Below, in pieces: positions 15,496 through 30,145 of a stretch of DNA of 64,000 bases (position 1 is the stretch's first letter; each line of letters begins with the position of its first letter). The notes beneath the pieces were generated by a model that did no database searches, was not told the origin of the DNA, and saw only the letters and a program-made list of their open reading frames with translations. The translations under genes were made by a program, and so were the position numbers. The DNA is taken from positions 34,286,001-34,350,000 of the forward strand of contig OZ024751.1 in NCBI GenBank assembly GCA_964016885.1, in the 5' to 3' direction. Source of the stretch: Eledone cirrhosa. Taxonomy: Eukaryota.

Positions 15496-15795
15496 TTCAA
15501 TATCTTCTAATAAAATAGAGTGTTTACATTTTGTAAAACAAAAAAAGGCTACTTACATATATACACACGTAACTATGTATGTATATATAAGGAAAAAACA
15601 TTACATATGTCTTTCTAAAGTCTATAAAAATGTCATCTTTCAAGAAATGAAAACTTCGTAAATTTTACAAATTGATCAGACACTAAACCAAACCTATACA
15701 TCAGATACATCCTGTGCGTATACACCTATACATCATGTACGTATGTTTGACTATATATATATATATATACATAAACACATAAACATTTATATATA

Positions 15796-15840
<45 letters not shown>

Positions 15841-15859
15841 ACATAAACATTTATATATA

Positions 15860-15910
<51 letters not shown>

Positions 15911-15967
15911 TATATATATATATATTATATATATATATATATTATATATATATATATTATATATATA

Positions 15968-16069
<102 letters not shown>

Positions 16070-17321
16070 ATATATATATATGACATTCTTTGGCGCAGAC
16101 AGACACCTATATACACACACGTGTGTGTCTCTTACAGAATCACACAAATAAGCGAAATCGTAAGCTTTTTACAAAATCAAATACAGAAGAAAAGAGATAG
16201 CAAATATAAAATTTTATAAAAGACAGAAATAAACTTGAAGTATTATAAAAAAAATATTCTATGAAAGCATGGAGAAATGAAAGTTTTTGATTCTTAATAG
16301 ATTTAGAGAACTGCGACTATGTCTACAGACTATTGTTTGGCTAGTGTACTATTGAAGTAACATTTAATTGAGAAAAATGGTCGGTTAAACAAATTATATT
16401 TTCCAATTTTCTTACAAAATGTAGAAAATGTTTCGCTGGTAAAAAAACATATTCGTAATGAATATCTTAATAATGTAAAGTTGATGGGTTTTGCTGTGTG
16501 GTTAAATGAAATATTTGAAAAGTTGTTTATGTAAATTTTAAGTAGTGTTTATAGACAGATGTGGGATATATATAAATATAGATGAGATAGATTGTGGTAA
16601 AAACCAACTAGACAATACCCACCAGAGTACTCGATACTTGGGCAGTAGAGTGGGTAATATAAAAACTAAGTTAGTTCGGTTCTAGCTGTCGAAAGAGCCG
16701 GGGCTCAGCCGACGGGGTCGTGAATCTGTTCATATATATATATATATATACTCACTTTATCTACATATATATACTCTCCCTCTCCTTATATATACTTACC
16801 CTATCTATATAGATATATACAAAAAAGAAAGCTGGAAATGTTTTCTCTCTTCCTCAGTTCCAACCATACCGTATGTGAAATGCTAGGGGATGGGTAAGCT
16901 AGCCGAGATTTGACGATTATCCTCCCATGTTAAAAGTAAATACCAAACCTACAACCACACAATGCCGTGGTTCAACAACAAAAGATTTACGAGAATATCA
17001 CCCGACTAATCACACATAATTACATTTGTATGTTTTTCAAAGCCTCGCCCTTTGCCTTTCGTGGTATTTTGTCTTAGCGACATTACCAATATAATTAGTC
17101 AGTTAACTCTTTTGATACCCGACCTCTTGAAACAATGGCCTCCTCATAACAATACTAAGCTGGTTAATCAAAATGTTTAATCTTCATCTAAAAAGAAAAA
17201 CCATCCGCCATAACTTTATGTAAGAACCTTACTTATTTACTAAATCCTAGATTAACTAAAAGTTAGTGTTTACATTCATCTAAAATTTCCCATCATAATT
17301 TTCTGTAAGGACATAGTTCTC

Positions 17322-17387
<66 letters not shown>

Positions 17388-17609
17388 TGTAGTTGTATTA
17401 TGCAACTCTCCAGTGTCAAAAGAAGGAACACCTTTAAGTGCTGCACGACCTAAGAATAGGAATCCCATCCAAACATACAACTCTTTATTTCCAGGAACTG
17501 GTTAAAAAGGAGAATAGATGCTTGTAGTCTGTCAGTTACTAATACACACGTACACACTATATTATGCTATGTCTGTTATATTTTATATATATATATATAT
17601 GGCAAACAT

Positions 17610-17755
17610 AAGTGTAGTTTCCGTCTTGCAATTTTCACTCATGTACATTAGTGAAGCCGAGACTATATTAGTAAATTAAATGTTCAAAATATCATGTAAT
17701 GGGACTGAACCTGAAGCCACGAGTTTGGGAACTATTTAACGCCACTACCATGTGT
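17610..17755 (-). mobile_element. Degenerate tRNA-SINE head (probably family B)
   Basis: Minus-strand B-box-like GGTTCAGTCCC; similar decayed segments near 43550-43640 and 57020-57140. Confidence 0.45.
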
Positions 17756-18838
17756 GCGTGCGTATTTAACTTTCTGGTATTAATCATAGTGAATTATGCT
17801 GTTGGTTTTAACCACAATACTAAGAGATGTTATCAATCATACATTAACGTAGATAAATTGTTTTGTTTTAAAATTTAACATTAATAATTTCCTGTTAATC
17901 TTAATTAAGAAACAAAGTTAGGTGAAGGTTAGAAAGGTCTTTGGACAATTTTGTGGTTCCAATACAGATTTTGATGTGCGACACCAGGAAATGATAGAAT
18001 AATAGAAATTATCTAAAGCTATGTAGGATAATGTAGTCACGATAAAGAACGTCTGACGAACAGACAGGATGGTGAGAGCGGGGACAGATGGTTGATCTGA
18101 TCAAGCAAGTTTAATCTATTGCTACAACAATATTAACAACGTCATTTAGACTTATTGTAGTATTGAGGGTTTGGGATTTAAAATCTAACAAGAAGCATAT
18201 TGACCAATCATGGTCAATTAATATGAACCATTTAAGACATCTATGTGGTAGTTGGAACTGCTAGAATTAGTAACCAAATCACCAACAAATGATAAATCTC
18301 TTTCGATCATGTTATTCCGAGATAGGTTAGAATGGTCTTTAATGGATCGATTTCCATTATATGTCTGCACAAACAGGTGTGATTGACAAAAACAAAAAGA
18401 TCATAATTTATTTACTCTTGCAGAATTCAATATGGCTGATTCTCGGTTTAAAATGCTAAATAATAAATTCGAAATTAGGAACTCTGACGTGTGTATACAG
18501 TAATACTAATGGTGCGTTTGTCGTAATGTATGTAGTGTATTTACTGCATACCTACAACCTGTCGTCTATAATTAGATAAATAGAGGGAATGTTGATGATT
18601 ATATGGTACTCTTTACTCATTTACGTCTGAAAATAACTAAAATATACGGCTTCTCACGTGCTGAAATCTGGTTAACTCTATCAAAGAATGTGCTAATGTG
18701 TTGAAGGGAACAGTTTAGTGAAATAATTTTAAAAGAACAGCGCTGTTTTACAATCTACGTTGATAGTTACTTAGCAAATCAAATACCATTACTGGCATTC
18801 CTCTACAACAGACACAGTCAATTGGCATATGGGTATAT

Positions 18839-18912
<74 letters not shown>

Positions 18913-18923
18913 AAGTCAGGCCG

Positions 18924-19209
18924 TGTTAAACAATGAAAACAAATGAAAACAATCGTTCCAGAGGGTTGATTGATCACGATAAATCGATATAGTGACTAAT
19001 CGATTATGTAATCTCATATTATTAGTCTTGACACAACAATGTTTCTGACGAAGACGATGAAATGGATCTATAGTACTGAAACTAAAAATATGAAGTTACA
19101 TAACAACAATCAGTCGTTATATCGATTTATCATGATCAATCGACCCTCTGAAACGATCGTAAAACAATGGACTGATTAGGCTTTTATTATTTTTTTTCAT
19201 TGTTCAACA
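18924..19209. mobile_element. MITE-like foldback element
   Basis: Inner arms 18949-19026 and 19081-19160 are imperfect reverse complements; outer arms TGTTAAACAATGAAAA / TTTTCATTGTTCAACA. Confidence 0.65.
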
Positions 19210-20074
19210 TACACACACATTATATATATATATATATATATATATAGTGTGTGTGTGTACGTGTGTGTATGTATGCATGTGTTTGTTCAGAAATAAATGC
19301 AAGTTATTAAACATTAAATTTTAAATGACACATTTGAGTTCAGAACAAATGTTATTGATCGAAATGAAAACCATTATAATCTTCATTTGTGGCCAACAAT
19401 ATATAAATATATTTACTCTTTTATTGTTGGTTGTTAAAATGTTTGTAAACCTGGTAGTTGTTAAAACATCCGCTAGGTTTGCTGGATGTGGCAGAGTTTC
19501 AAAGTTAAACTCGTTCGACTTGTTGGTTGTGTGATGTGTGGTCGATTCTTGTCGACCGATACTGCAACACAAACACACACACATACATACATACACACAC
19601 ACACATACATACACACATACACATGCACATATATCCACGACGAAGCGACACCCAGCAAGTGACCCGGATGTATATAGAGTGATTTTAACAAAACGACATT
19701 GACAAAGAAAACAGTGAACAGTAAACAATGTATTGTGACCTTTGACATTTTTTTGGCAGGACGTGTCAAAGTAGTTATTATATAATTGAATAAATATGTT
19801 GGGTCGCTTAGGTTATTACTAATGACATTGCTCTTTGATATTGGACATTGTAAATTCGAGCAAAATTACTTTCATGTGTTGTTTAGTGACTTTACTGTTA
19901 CCTCCTCCACCTTCCCCACCCCACCACCGCTGATATATCTCTTCTGTCTATCTGTCTCTCTTCTGACAGCTGTCTTCTATTTTACTTTATATCTCTGCCT
20001 CTCTCTATCTCTGCCTCTCCCTTTCATCCTCTCTCTCTCTCTCTCTCTCTCTGTATCCCCTTTTCTCCCTGTCG

Positions 20075-20155
<81 letters not shown>

Positions 20156-20371
20156 TTCTTAGTTCTGTTTCTATGTGTCTCTTATATATATAAGAAATCT
20201 TCAGAGCTTTCTTGATGATTTCTTTTGAATGAAACAGTTCTAATCCTGTAGAAGCCATTTCTATTAAACATGACGTTTTCACTCCACTGGTATATTGAGT
20301 ACCTTACTAACATGTCAATACTAACATATGTGGTTTCTCGTATATGTGTTATTGTTGATGAGGTTAGGCCC

Positions 20372-20450
20372 ATGGCTAATTCCAATGCTGGTCATCCTAC
20401 CAACATTCAATCCAATGTGGCCTTCCTTCGGTGATACGACAAGAAAACCA
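20372..20450 (-). pseudogene. Decayed 5S rRNA-like fragment (pseudogene or SINE3 head)
   Basis: Plus strand ...CCAATGTGGCCTTCCTTCGGTGATACGACAAGAAAACC resembles the reverse complement of invertebrate 5S rRNA (...CCGACGTTGCTTAACTTCGGTGATCGGACGAGAACC); by-eye match with gaps. Confidence 0.35.
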
Positions 20451-21493
20451 TTGGAGGAAATTTAACTATTTCTGCCAGATCAAATAACTGTGTTGAGATT
20501 TTCTGCCTACTACTAGATTTACAGGGCGGCCCATGCTTGGAGATGACCGAGTCCTCGACTGTCGTAATTTAAAGCAACCCGGTTAAATTATTCTCGAAGA
20601 TACGATCACAAAAACAGAGAAATGTTAAGAGACCATCTCAATATTTAAATATTTCAACATAAATCTTCTCACAAATTGAGCTTCGAGGTAATTCACAGAA
20701 TCCAATATTTTCTCTTCTCTTCCTTGATAAAGGGCCTGCAGTTCAAAACATCAATACGTCCCCTCTTCAAACCGCTACATATATTTATTTAAACTATCAC
20801 ACTTCTTCTTCATCTTGAAGCTAATTCAATTGTTTCATATAGTATTCAATTAACTCAAAAGAGGTGAGAAACCTTATAAATCCTTCGGGTGAATAACCTA
20901 CAACATGAAAGTTTTAATATCATAAATGAAGCCGACAAAATATTTAGGTAAATGAAATTCCATCTCTTTGGCGAACATATTTATTGCGTATATATATAAT
21001 CGCAAACACACACACACACACACGCACACACACGCACGCACGCACACACGAACGCATGCGCGCACACACACACATTATATATATATATATATTCATATTA
21101 TATTTATATATATTCATAAATAGTGAGCCTTCTTATACTTACAGGGGCCTCAGACAATGCCGTCAACTACATATGGATATATATTTACGCACACACATAC
21201 ATACATACGACTGAAGAAATATACACGTGCTTCTCATTCTGGCTCTTTCTATTTAACATTTTATTTCTCATTTTATCTGATCAAGAACTTGTGTTCGATA
21301 CGTAAAGAATCTGTTCCTACTATAACAAGCTTTAAACTAATATATTTCTTCGTTGTACTGTGTTGATTCCGTTCTCATTTTGCATATACACACACACACA
21401 CACACACTAGTAATATTAATGAGAGTAACTTCTACTAATTTACTAGGTGTATGTTAGCTCAATGTTATGATATGATCATGTAGAGCCGGTACA

Positions 21494-21568
21494 TGGTTAC
21501 AATGTGCTTGTAAACCAAAATTAAATTGGTGGAACCTTTAATTTTGGTTTATAAGGACATTGTAACCA
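21494..21568. other. 75-nt near-perfect hairpin (32-bp arms, 11-nt loop)
   Basis: TGGTTACAATGTGCTTGTAAACCAAAATTAAA / TTTAATTTTGGTTTATAAGGACATTGTAACCA; two differences, one of them a G-U pair on the plus strand. Confidence 0.85.
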
Positions 21569-22453
21569 CACACACACACATACACACACATACACACAAT
21601 ACTCACAATTGTTTGTCTTTTTTAAATAATTAGAGAAACTCGCAGCTTGAATATTTTTTTAAAATAATTAAATAAACGTATAGAATATGGTTTTGTTATT
21701 TTTTTTTAATGTCTGTAAGGAAATAAACCCTATAAATGACTGGTTTTATCACCAACAACAATATTGTTTGAATAATCCAAAATATATTTCATTTAATCTT
21801 GAAGTTTCTAAATTTCCAACACATTTCAATGGCTTTTATGAAAGAGAAATCACAAAAGATAAAATAACAACAACAAGAATAGCATAAATTAAAATATTCA
21901 GGAGCTGTGGGAATAGTTGTTTTATATAACAGCAACAACGACAATTAAAACAACAATGATTGCTATCAAGAATGATAATATTAACAACAACATCAACAGC
22001 CACAACAACGACAATATCAACAACAGCAATAGCAGCAGCAACAACAATAGCAGCAACAACAACAACATTAACAACAATAACAGTAATAAGATCAATAACA
22101 ACAATACTATTGAATATTACACAACCATATTAAGCTTCCATATTTTATTGACTGGCAATCTTCAGAAAGTTAACTTATGTTTTCCAAAACCAGAAGAGAC
22201 GCCAGCTAAAACTTCAAAGGTATTTACACTCGTCTCAATTTTCTTTTCTACAGTTTTAAAATTGGTAATAAACAATATTAATTATCTTTATCAAAGAAAC
22301 ATCAATAGCGCGAGACATGTTTGTCATTAGAGGGAGTCCATGGTGCATTTGGTCCTTTTTATCTGTTTTTAAATATATATTGTGTGTGTGAGGGTTTCTG
22401 TTGATACTATATATCTATCACTCTCTCTTTCTCACTCCCCTCCACTCTACTCA

Positions 22454-22607
<154 letters not shown>

Positions 22608-22668
22608 TCCCAAGGCTCTGATTCCATGAACACCATAAATACAGAGCTGACATATCTAAGAACTGACC

Positions 22669-22726
22669 AACTACCTGATGAGGTCATAGCCATTCAATGG
22701 CTATCATCGAAATATATATTGCAGTA
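22669..22726 (+). ncRNA. Minimal type-I hammerhead ribozyme motif (Penelope pLTR type)
   Basis: CTGATGA 22675-22681; stem II GGTCATAGCCAT..ATGGCTATCATC; GAAA 22709-22712; palindromic TATATA stem III; AUU cleavage triplet ending 22720; short stem I ACTAC/GCAGT with one mismatch; AATAAA immediately downstream. Confidence 0.6.
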
Positions 22727-22770
22727 AATAAAGGATTATGAGTTCATGCAATTGACTTATGTTTCGTCAC

Positions 22771-22884
<114 letters not shown>

Positions 22885-23002
22885 CTCCAATAAAATTTTT
22901 GAGTCTTATCTGTTCCATTCTAGGTATCTATTTGATTTCATTAACATGCATATGATTGGATGTGGGTGCGTTCATATATATTTTTGTATGCACACACATA
23001 CT

Positions 23003-23071
<69 letters not shown>

Positions 23072-23381
23072 GAATGTATATATACACATAAGCAGATATG
23101 CATATATGTCTAAATTTCAGTGTGTGTATAACATATGTGTAGTTGTATCAGTGTATGTGAACGTCTGTTTTCTTCATGTGTATGTATGTGTCGTTAGCTC
23201 GTCAGATATTCACACATAAATGTAAATAAGAGAAACACACAGGAAAATTATTTGATCAAATAAACTAGATATTTCCCCTCGGTAGTTTGAAGAAAATTAA
23301 TAAGCCTCTACACACTCATACATATACACATACATTCGTACACCATGTATGCTTATGTTTATGCGTTCGTGTGTATGTATG

Positions 23382-23510
<129 letters not shown>

Positions 23511-24590
23511 GCGTGTGCGTGCCTTATGTGTTGATATATCTGCATGTATTTAAGTGCTTTGGGGTTTCTGGGTTATGGAAATCTGGTCAAACATTCAGTG
23601 TTTTGTTGTTTGGAAGAAGAACAACGATCCCAACAACAACAACAGTAACAATATTAAAATACCAGCAACAACAACAACATCAACAAGTACAATAGACTAA
23701 TAACAGGATCAACATCACCATCACCATCAACACTATCACCATTAACATCAACATCATCAACAATAATAATAACAACAAAGTTTTGTTTCCCGCGGAATAT
23801 ATATTTAATGTAATTATGTTGTTTGGTTGAAGAGATTTAATCGAGTTAATATTCTCACTGTCTTCCCCCTCTCTCTCTCTGTATGTACACATATGCACGC
23901 ACACATACACACACCCATATATATATGCGCACACACACACATACATACACACATATAAATATATATATATATATTTCTTTACTGGATCTCCGTCACACTC
24001 TTAATTTCTCCTCCTCCTCATCCTTTTCTCTCTCACTGTCACCCCCCCTTCTCTCATCCCTCCTCCCCCACACACCGTCCTCCACACCACCCCTCTCTCT
24101 CCATCTCCTCCCTCCTCCCACCACCTCACTCCCCTCTCTCCATCTCTTCCTATTTGAACTAGTTTTGCTCCACTGATTAAGAAAACCTCCAGCAATTATC
24201 GTTATTATGTTATCTCCGCTCTATATCGCCCATGGTTCATAAATCATCCCACAACAAAACACAGGAGAGAGTGAAAATAATTTACCTCTTCGCTCTTTGC
24301 GCTTCTTTCAGTCTTGTTGTTGTTGTTGTTGTTGTTGTTGTTCGTATTATGTTTGTTGTTGTTGTTATTGTTCGTATTGCTGTTGTTGTTATTGTTCGTG
24401 TTCGTGTTGTTGTTATTGTTCGTAATGTTATTGTTATTGTTGTTCGCGCTCTTGTTGTTGTTGTTAGTTTTCCAATATGTTTCTTATTTTCATTGTTGTT
24501 TACCTTCTTCAGTTATGCTCGGTTTGTTGTTGATGTTGTTTGCAAATGTTCTTTAATTGTTATCAATATGTGTTGCTGTTGTTGTTGTTG

Positions 24591-24689
24591 TTCTTCTTCT
24601 TCTTCTTCTTCTTCTTCTTCTTCTTCTTCTTCTTCTTCTTCTTCTTCTTCTTCTTCTTCTTCTTCTTCTTCTTCTTCTTCTTCTTCTTC
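24591..24689. repeat. (TTC)n microsatellite within a (GTT)-rich low-complexity region
   Basis: Pure trinucleotide tract. Confidence 0.97.
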
Positions 24690-24897
24690 GTTGTCGTTGT
24701 CTTTTTCTTAGTGTTGTCTGTAGTTGTGGTCATGGTAGTTCTGGTAAAACTAGTGCTTGTTGTTAGGGTGGAGCAGAATTGTTAGTGATGGTGTTGGTGT
24801 ACTTAGTAATGACGTGGGAGGTGGTGGAGTTGCTGTTATGATGGGAGTGGTGGTACTCCCTGTAGCTTTTGTTTAGTAGAAGGAGGATCATCTAAAC

Positions 24898-25203
24898 CAG
24901 TGCTACTTAAAGTGGTGGTCCGCAGACCGATGCCGGTACGCGAGCCATCAGCTACCGGTACGCGGCCAGTGTCCAGGCCATGCTAAGGAATCATTTGAGG
25001 AATTTTTTTATTACTTTTTTATATGTTTTGATATTGTATTATTTGTTTACAAAATAAATAGAAGATAAAAAAATGGTCAACTATTATTATATTCAATATA
25101 TCGTTTCCGGTATAAATTAATATTACTACTAAATATTAGCGGTACGTGGCACATTGAAAAAAAAAATGCCGGTCCGCCACATCAGCTAGTTTGAGAAGCA
25201 CTG
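24898..25203. mobile_element. hAT (Charlie/Buster-like) MITE, 306 bp
   Basis: TIRs CAGTGCTACTTAAAGT / AGTTTGAGAAGCACTG; exact 8-bp TSD ATCTAAAC at 24890-24897 and 25204-25211; subterminal CCGGTACGCG-like repeats. Confidence 0.92.
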
Positions 25204-25228
25204 ATCTAAACAGTTGACCACTAATGCC

Positions 25229-25302
<74 letters not shown>

Positions 25303-25420
25303 CATATATATACACACACACTCTTTAGCCGAACAGTCCGTCGTTGCTTTTTATTCCACTTTAAATAATGTCTCCCCCGTGCTTCATATCCTGTTATATA
25401 TTCCCTGCAGTCCGTCTCCG

Positions 25421-25753
25421 TCAATCGACAGTCAGCCCCGAGGTGGTTTCTATGGAAATGTAATCAGTAGAGTTGTATGTTGACGTGGTATCAGTGACTT
25501 GTTTGTAATTTAGCGCCACCATTTTCCCGTATTCAAGGAGTGACCCCTGTAGGGACAGCTTTCGGACAGCTTCATAGCGAAAGCAACGCCCCCTGATGAC
25601 GGCATCGTTGGGCGGAATTATAATGAATACCGTGACGTTGAAGGAATACATGAGACGATTGTTTGGTTTCCTTTTATTGTTTACGGAATTAAGAAACTCA
25701 ATTTGCCTCCAAAACCTTTTGACTCGGATTTCAAAGATCAAATCCGATTCAGT
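25421..25753 (-). CDS. Candidate terminal coding exon, unknown product (110 codons)
   Basis: Non-repetitive, relatively GC-rich island; AG at 25755-25754, open frame TESDLIFEIRVKRFWRQ...GLTVD*, AATAAA at 25355-25350. No recognisable domain and the acceptor is weak. Confidence 0.25.
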   Translation of the reverse strand, partial: TESDLIFEIRVKRFWRQIEFLNSVNNKRKPNNRLMYSFNVTVFIIIPPNDAVIRGRCFRYEAVRKLSLQGSLLEYGKMVALNYKQVTDTTSTYNSTDYISIETTSGLTVD

Positions 25754-25930
25754 CTTTTGACGACATATACACAGACATACATATAAACAAATATATTACA
25801 TACACAAATAAAGATTCAAATATGTAGTGTATATATATATATATATATATATTTATCTCACCTTGTCTCTCTCAGTATATTTATATATATATATATATCT
25901 CACCTTGTCTCTCCCTCCCCTCTCTCTCTG

Positions 25931-25966
<36 letters not shown>

Positions 25967-26696
25967 CCCCCAGCTCAGTATAGAAGAGAGAAGGAAAGAG
26001 TGTGACAGTATGAGATATGATACATTATTTAAGTAACGCTGTGTAATGTGTATTGAGCAAACTAACAATTTCAGGAATTCTACAATTCGTGATAATTCAC
26101 GTGATGGTTGATAATGTTGGTATTTCCATTGCTTTGTCTGCAGGGAATAACCTCTGCTCCAAGCATATACCTCTGTAAACTCCCACAACCGATAACAACC
26201 ATCAACACCAACACCACCACCATCAACACCAGCACCACCACCAACACCATCACCACTACTACAATCACAATCATAGCAACCATTACCACCGCTGCCGTTA
26301 CAACAGTCATGACGACGACCAACACTAGCACCACCATCACGACGACGACTAACCCCCCCCCCCACGGCCGCCAACACCACCACCACCAACAACAGCAACA
26401 CTACCAACAGCTAGAGGGCCTGAGTTTGTGTTTGGTAGAGCAGTCGTAACTAATTTGCACATTTACAATCCTAGCAATATATTGAATGAGTGGGTTTATT
26501 ATAGCTTGGACATGTTGGGAGGTGGGAGGAGATAAAATTGGTTTAAATGAAAGGATGAGAAGAGACGAGAGGGAGAGGGGGGGAGAGAGAGTGACAGAGA
26601 TTGATTGATAGAGAACTAGAGATAAATGTGTAGAAAGAGATAGAAAGAAGGTAACTTTTTAAACTATGGTTACTCCGGACACAACCTGGGTGCCTT

Positions 26697-26762
<66 letters not shown>

Positions 26763-26873
26763 ATATTACAGACTGCTAGAAGAACAACGCAAAGATGTAA
26801 GCAACAAAAATACAAGTCCAAACATGAAGAAACAAATGTGTAGACACAGTGAGGTTGAGTTGACAAGAGTGGA

Positions 26874-26962
<89 letters not shown>

Positions 26963-27095
26963 ATACGCAAGAGAGTTATATAAAAGTATTTTTATATATC
27001 AAGTGTATGAAGAATATCTGTTAAGATGGAGAAAACAGATAGTGTGACCTTTATCACACACAACCATACACGCACACACACACACACACACATAC

Positions 27096-27135
<40 letters not shown>

Positions 27136-27822
27136 TATAATATATGTAGATATATATTCATATTTACACTCACACACATATACATATATTCATACGTACA
27201 CATATACATCAACGTATGTGTGTATGTATGTATGTATGTACGGAAGTGCTGCGTTAGTACGTATGTATGTGTGATATGTGTATGCTAGTATTTGTATATA
27301 AAACATGATTAGAGTGAAAGCAAACGAAAGAGAATAAAACAATAACCTAGAGAAAAAATATGAAAAAAGTGAAACGACAGTAGATATATCTAAAGACATT
27401 GCAAGACACCAGAAGCACCAAGTTATATGAGGTATTGTGAGAAGAAGTAAATATAGTGGCAAGATGGCGACTAGGGACAGAGAAAGAACATGGAGGAAGA
27501 CTTCTAAGGAATCACACGTCACTAATGAAATTGTAGACGAGTACACAGAGGGGATTTATGTAGAGAGAATTAACTCCTTATCATTGCCAACATATATATA
27601 ATCTAGATTTACACTACCTATGGAAGATGAGGTGTTTAACCGACTGTCTCTCTGTCCATCTATCTATCTATTAATGTATAAATATATATTATAGATTAAT
27701 TTATATATATATATATATATATACATATATATACACACACACACACACATACACACTGTAGTACAAAGTTTGTATAAACATACAAAGTTTCAGAGCAGTC
27801 TGTCCACAGGATGAGAGAAAAT

Positions 27823-27873
<51 letters not shown>

Positions 27874-28105
27874 CCTGTGTGTGTGTGAGAGAGAGAGGAA
27901 GTCAAATACACTCATAGATGTATAACTTATCCTCAATTGGGATTCGTTGCCGTCGTTATTTATTGTAAATTACATACAGGTGGTCAAAATATTATTCAAG
28001 GTGTTTTCTTATAATACCGTAATTGAGTCAACTCTGAACTTATACACATCCAGTTTATTGGGACTACATCACATCATTTTGATTGGTTTTGTCTAAATAA
28101 ATAAA

Positions 28106-28184
<79 letters not shown>

Positions 28185-28404
28185 TATAGTTTTATATATG
28201 ACAAAGGTCAACGGAAAACAAGAGAGAAAATGATACAGTACAAGGAAGATATAGATTAGTTTAATGTTTAATATGATAGGAGAATAGTGTTAACGTTTTC
28301 TATTCTAGTCCTTCATCAGAGGATAGAATGGGAAAGAAATAGAAAGAAATGTGTTGGTGGGTCGAGGTGTTTTGACAAAATATTCGAGTGATCCGAAAAG
28401 ATAT

Positions 28405-28465
<61 letters not shown>

Positions 28466-29914
28466 CTATATATATATATATACGCTAACGACAAAAATAA
28501 TAAGAAAATGAGGATAACAAATCCTCAACAAGCATAAGAAAGCCAAGTACGATAGAAATAGGATGTTTTTTATACACACACATATGTATAGTAGTGTGTG
28601 TATGTATACATATATACACATATATTTCTATAAATATGTAACTATCAAACACATATGTGTTAAATTAAGAGCAAGGAAAACAACATATGTCTCATCCCCG
28701 ACGAAGATTATTTAGAAGATGCAAAGTTATAATTCCGGTTAATAGAAAAAAAAATATATATCACCATCTTGTGATGACATTTTCCGTGTATTTCTTTCCT
28801 TCCTTTCTTTCTTTTTTTGTTCTTTACGTTATCTACTTGCTGTTGTTGCTTCTGTTTGTTGTTTTCTCCATCACCGTTCTCTATTCTTCTATAGATTCAG
28901 GTTTAGAATAAAATCTGACATTAGAGGAATGAAGGTAATCTTTTTTGCTTTGAAACCGATGGTTTTCTTTCAAGAATGTATTGCGATTTAGACTGTCTAC
29001 GAGATTCCGATCGAAGCTGTCTTGTCTTTCAAAGAGATGATAGCGATACAGTGCCTCGCTATATCAATTAATATTATTATTAATAAAGTTAGTCAACATC
29101 ACAATAATAATACCTACTGTGATGTAGATATGTGTGTATATACCTATACATGTATCTACATGCATAGGTACATATGAAGGGATATATGTTGCTCCGTATA
29201 TGACTTCATCTCTGCTTGTGTTTATGTGTGTGTATATATATACTAGTATACTTTCCAAGCAATGTAAGATAGCCACACTCAAGCGTGTATAATCATATAT
29301 AAGACAGCTGTCACCCAATTATAAACATATTCCATGTTATAGAGAAGTCAACGACTAATCCAATAAAAGCAACATGAACTAAAACACATGCCTGCAGTAC
29401 ACCAATACTACTACTGAAATTACATTATATTCCCCATAGGCTTCCATACTATATCTCTTTTTACTTTTAGCAAAGGTTTTTGTCATATTTTTACTTTAAT
29501 TCATCATCACTGTCATCATTATCATCACCATAATCTTCGTCTTCATCATCATCATCATTATTATTACTATTGTTACAATTTTGTGTTTGTTAATGTTGCG
29601 GTTGTTGATGTTGCTGTTGTTGGTGGTAACCTTATTGTTTTGTTGTTGTTGTTGTTGCTCCTGTCATTTAGCCCCTTGTCCCTCATGATCCAGAATACAT
29701 ATGACCAAAGGCGGCCCAGTGGTGACATCTCTCTCCTTTCAATTGTCATCTAAAGCTACACTATCTATTATCTCTCTCTTAGCTTGTGTTATGAAAGATA
29801 TTTGACTACTATTTCTTCGAGGTCAACCTATCGCTTAGAGGCTCCATTGTTGTTGACACATGTGGTAGTAGGCACTTGCTGGTAGATGGTTGGGTTGTCA
29901 TGGTTATTGTTGTC

Positions 29915-30145
29915 ACTGTTGATTGTTGTTATGTCACTGTTGGTTGTTGTTATGTCACTGTGGGTTGTGTTATGTCACTGTTGGGTGTTGTTATGTCACC
30001 GTTGGCTGTTGTTATGTCACTGTTGGGTGTTGTATTGTCACGGTTGCTTGTTATGTCACTGTTGGTTGTTGTTATGTCTCTGTTGGTTGTCATGGTTGTT
30101 ATGTCAGTGTTGGTTGTCATGGTTGTTGTTATGTCAGTGTTGGTA
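29915..30145. repeat. ~21-bp minisatellite (GTTGTTATGTCACTGTTGGTT)
   Basis: About ten imperfect tandem units. Confidence 0.88.

Noticed and set aside
19045-19085. CTGACGA...GAAAC in the foldback loop
   Set aside because: No convincing stem II or stem III.
26108-26449. Thr/His/Gln-rich mucin-like ORF
   Set aside because: Degenerate (ACC/AAC)n low-complexity DNA with no splice or homology support.
28285-28325. Minus-strand CTGATGA...GAAAACGTTA
   Set aside because: Stems I and II do not pair; too decayed to call.
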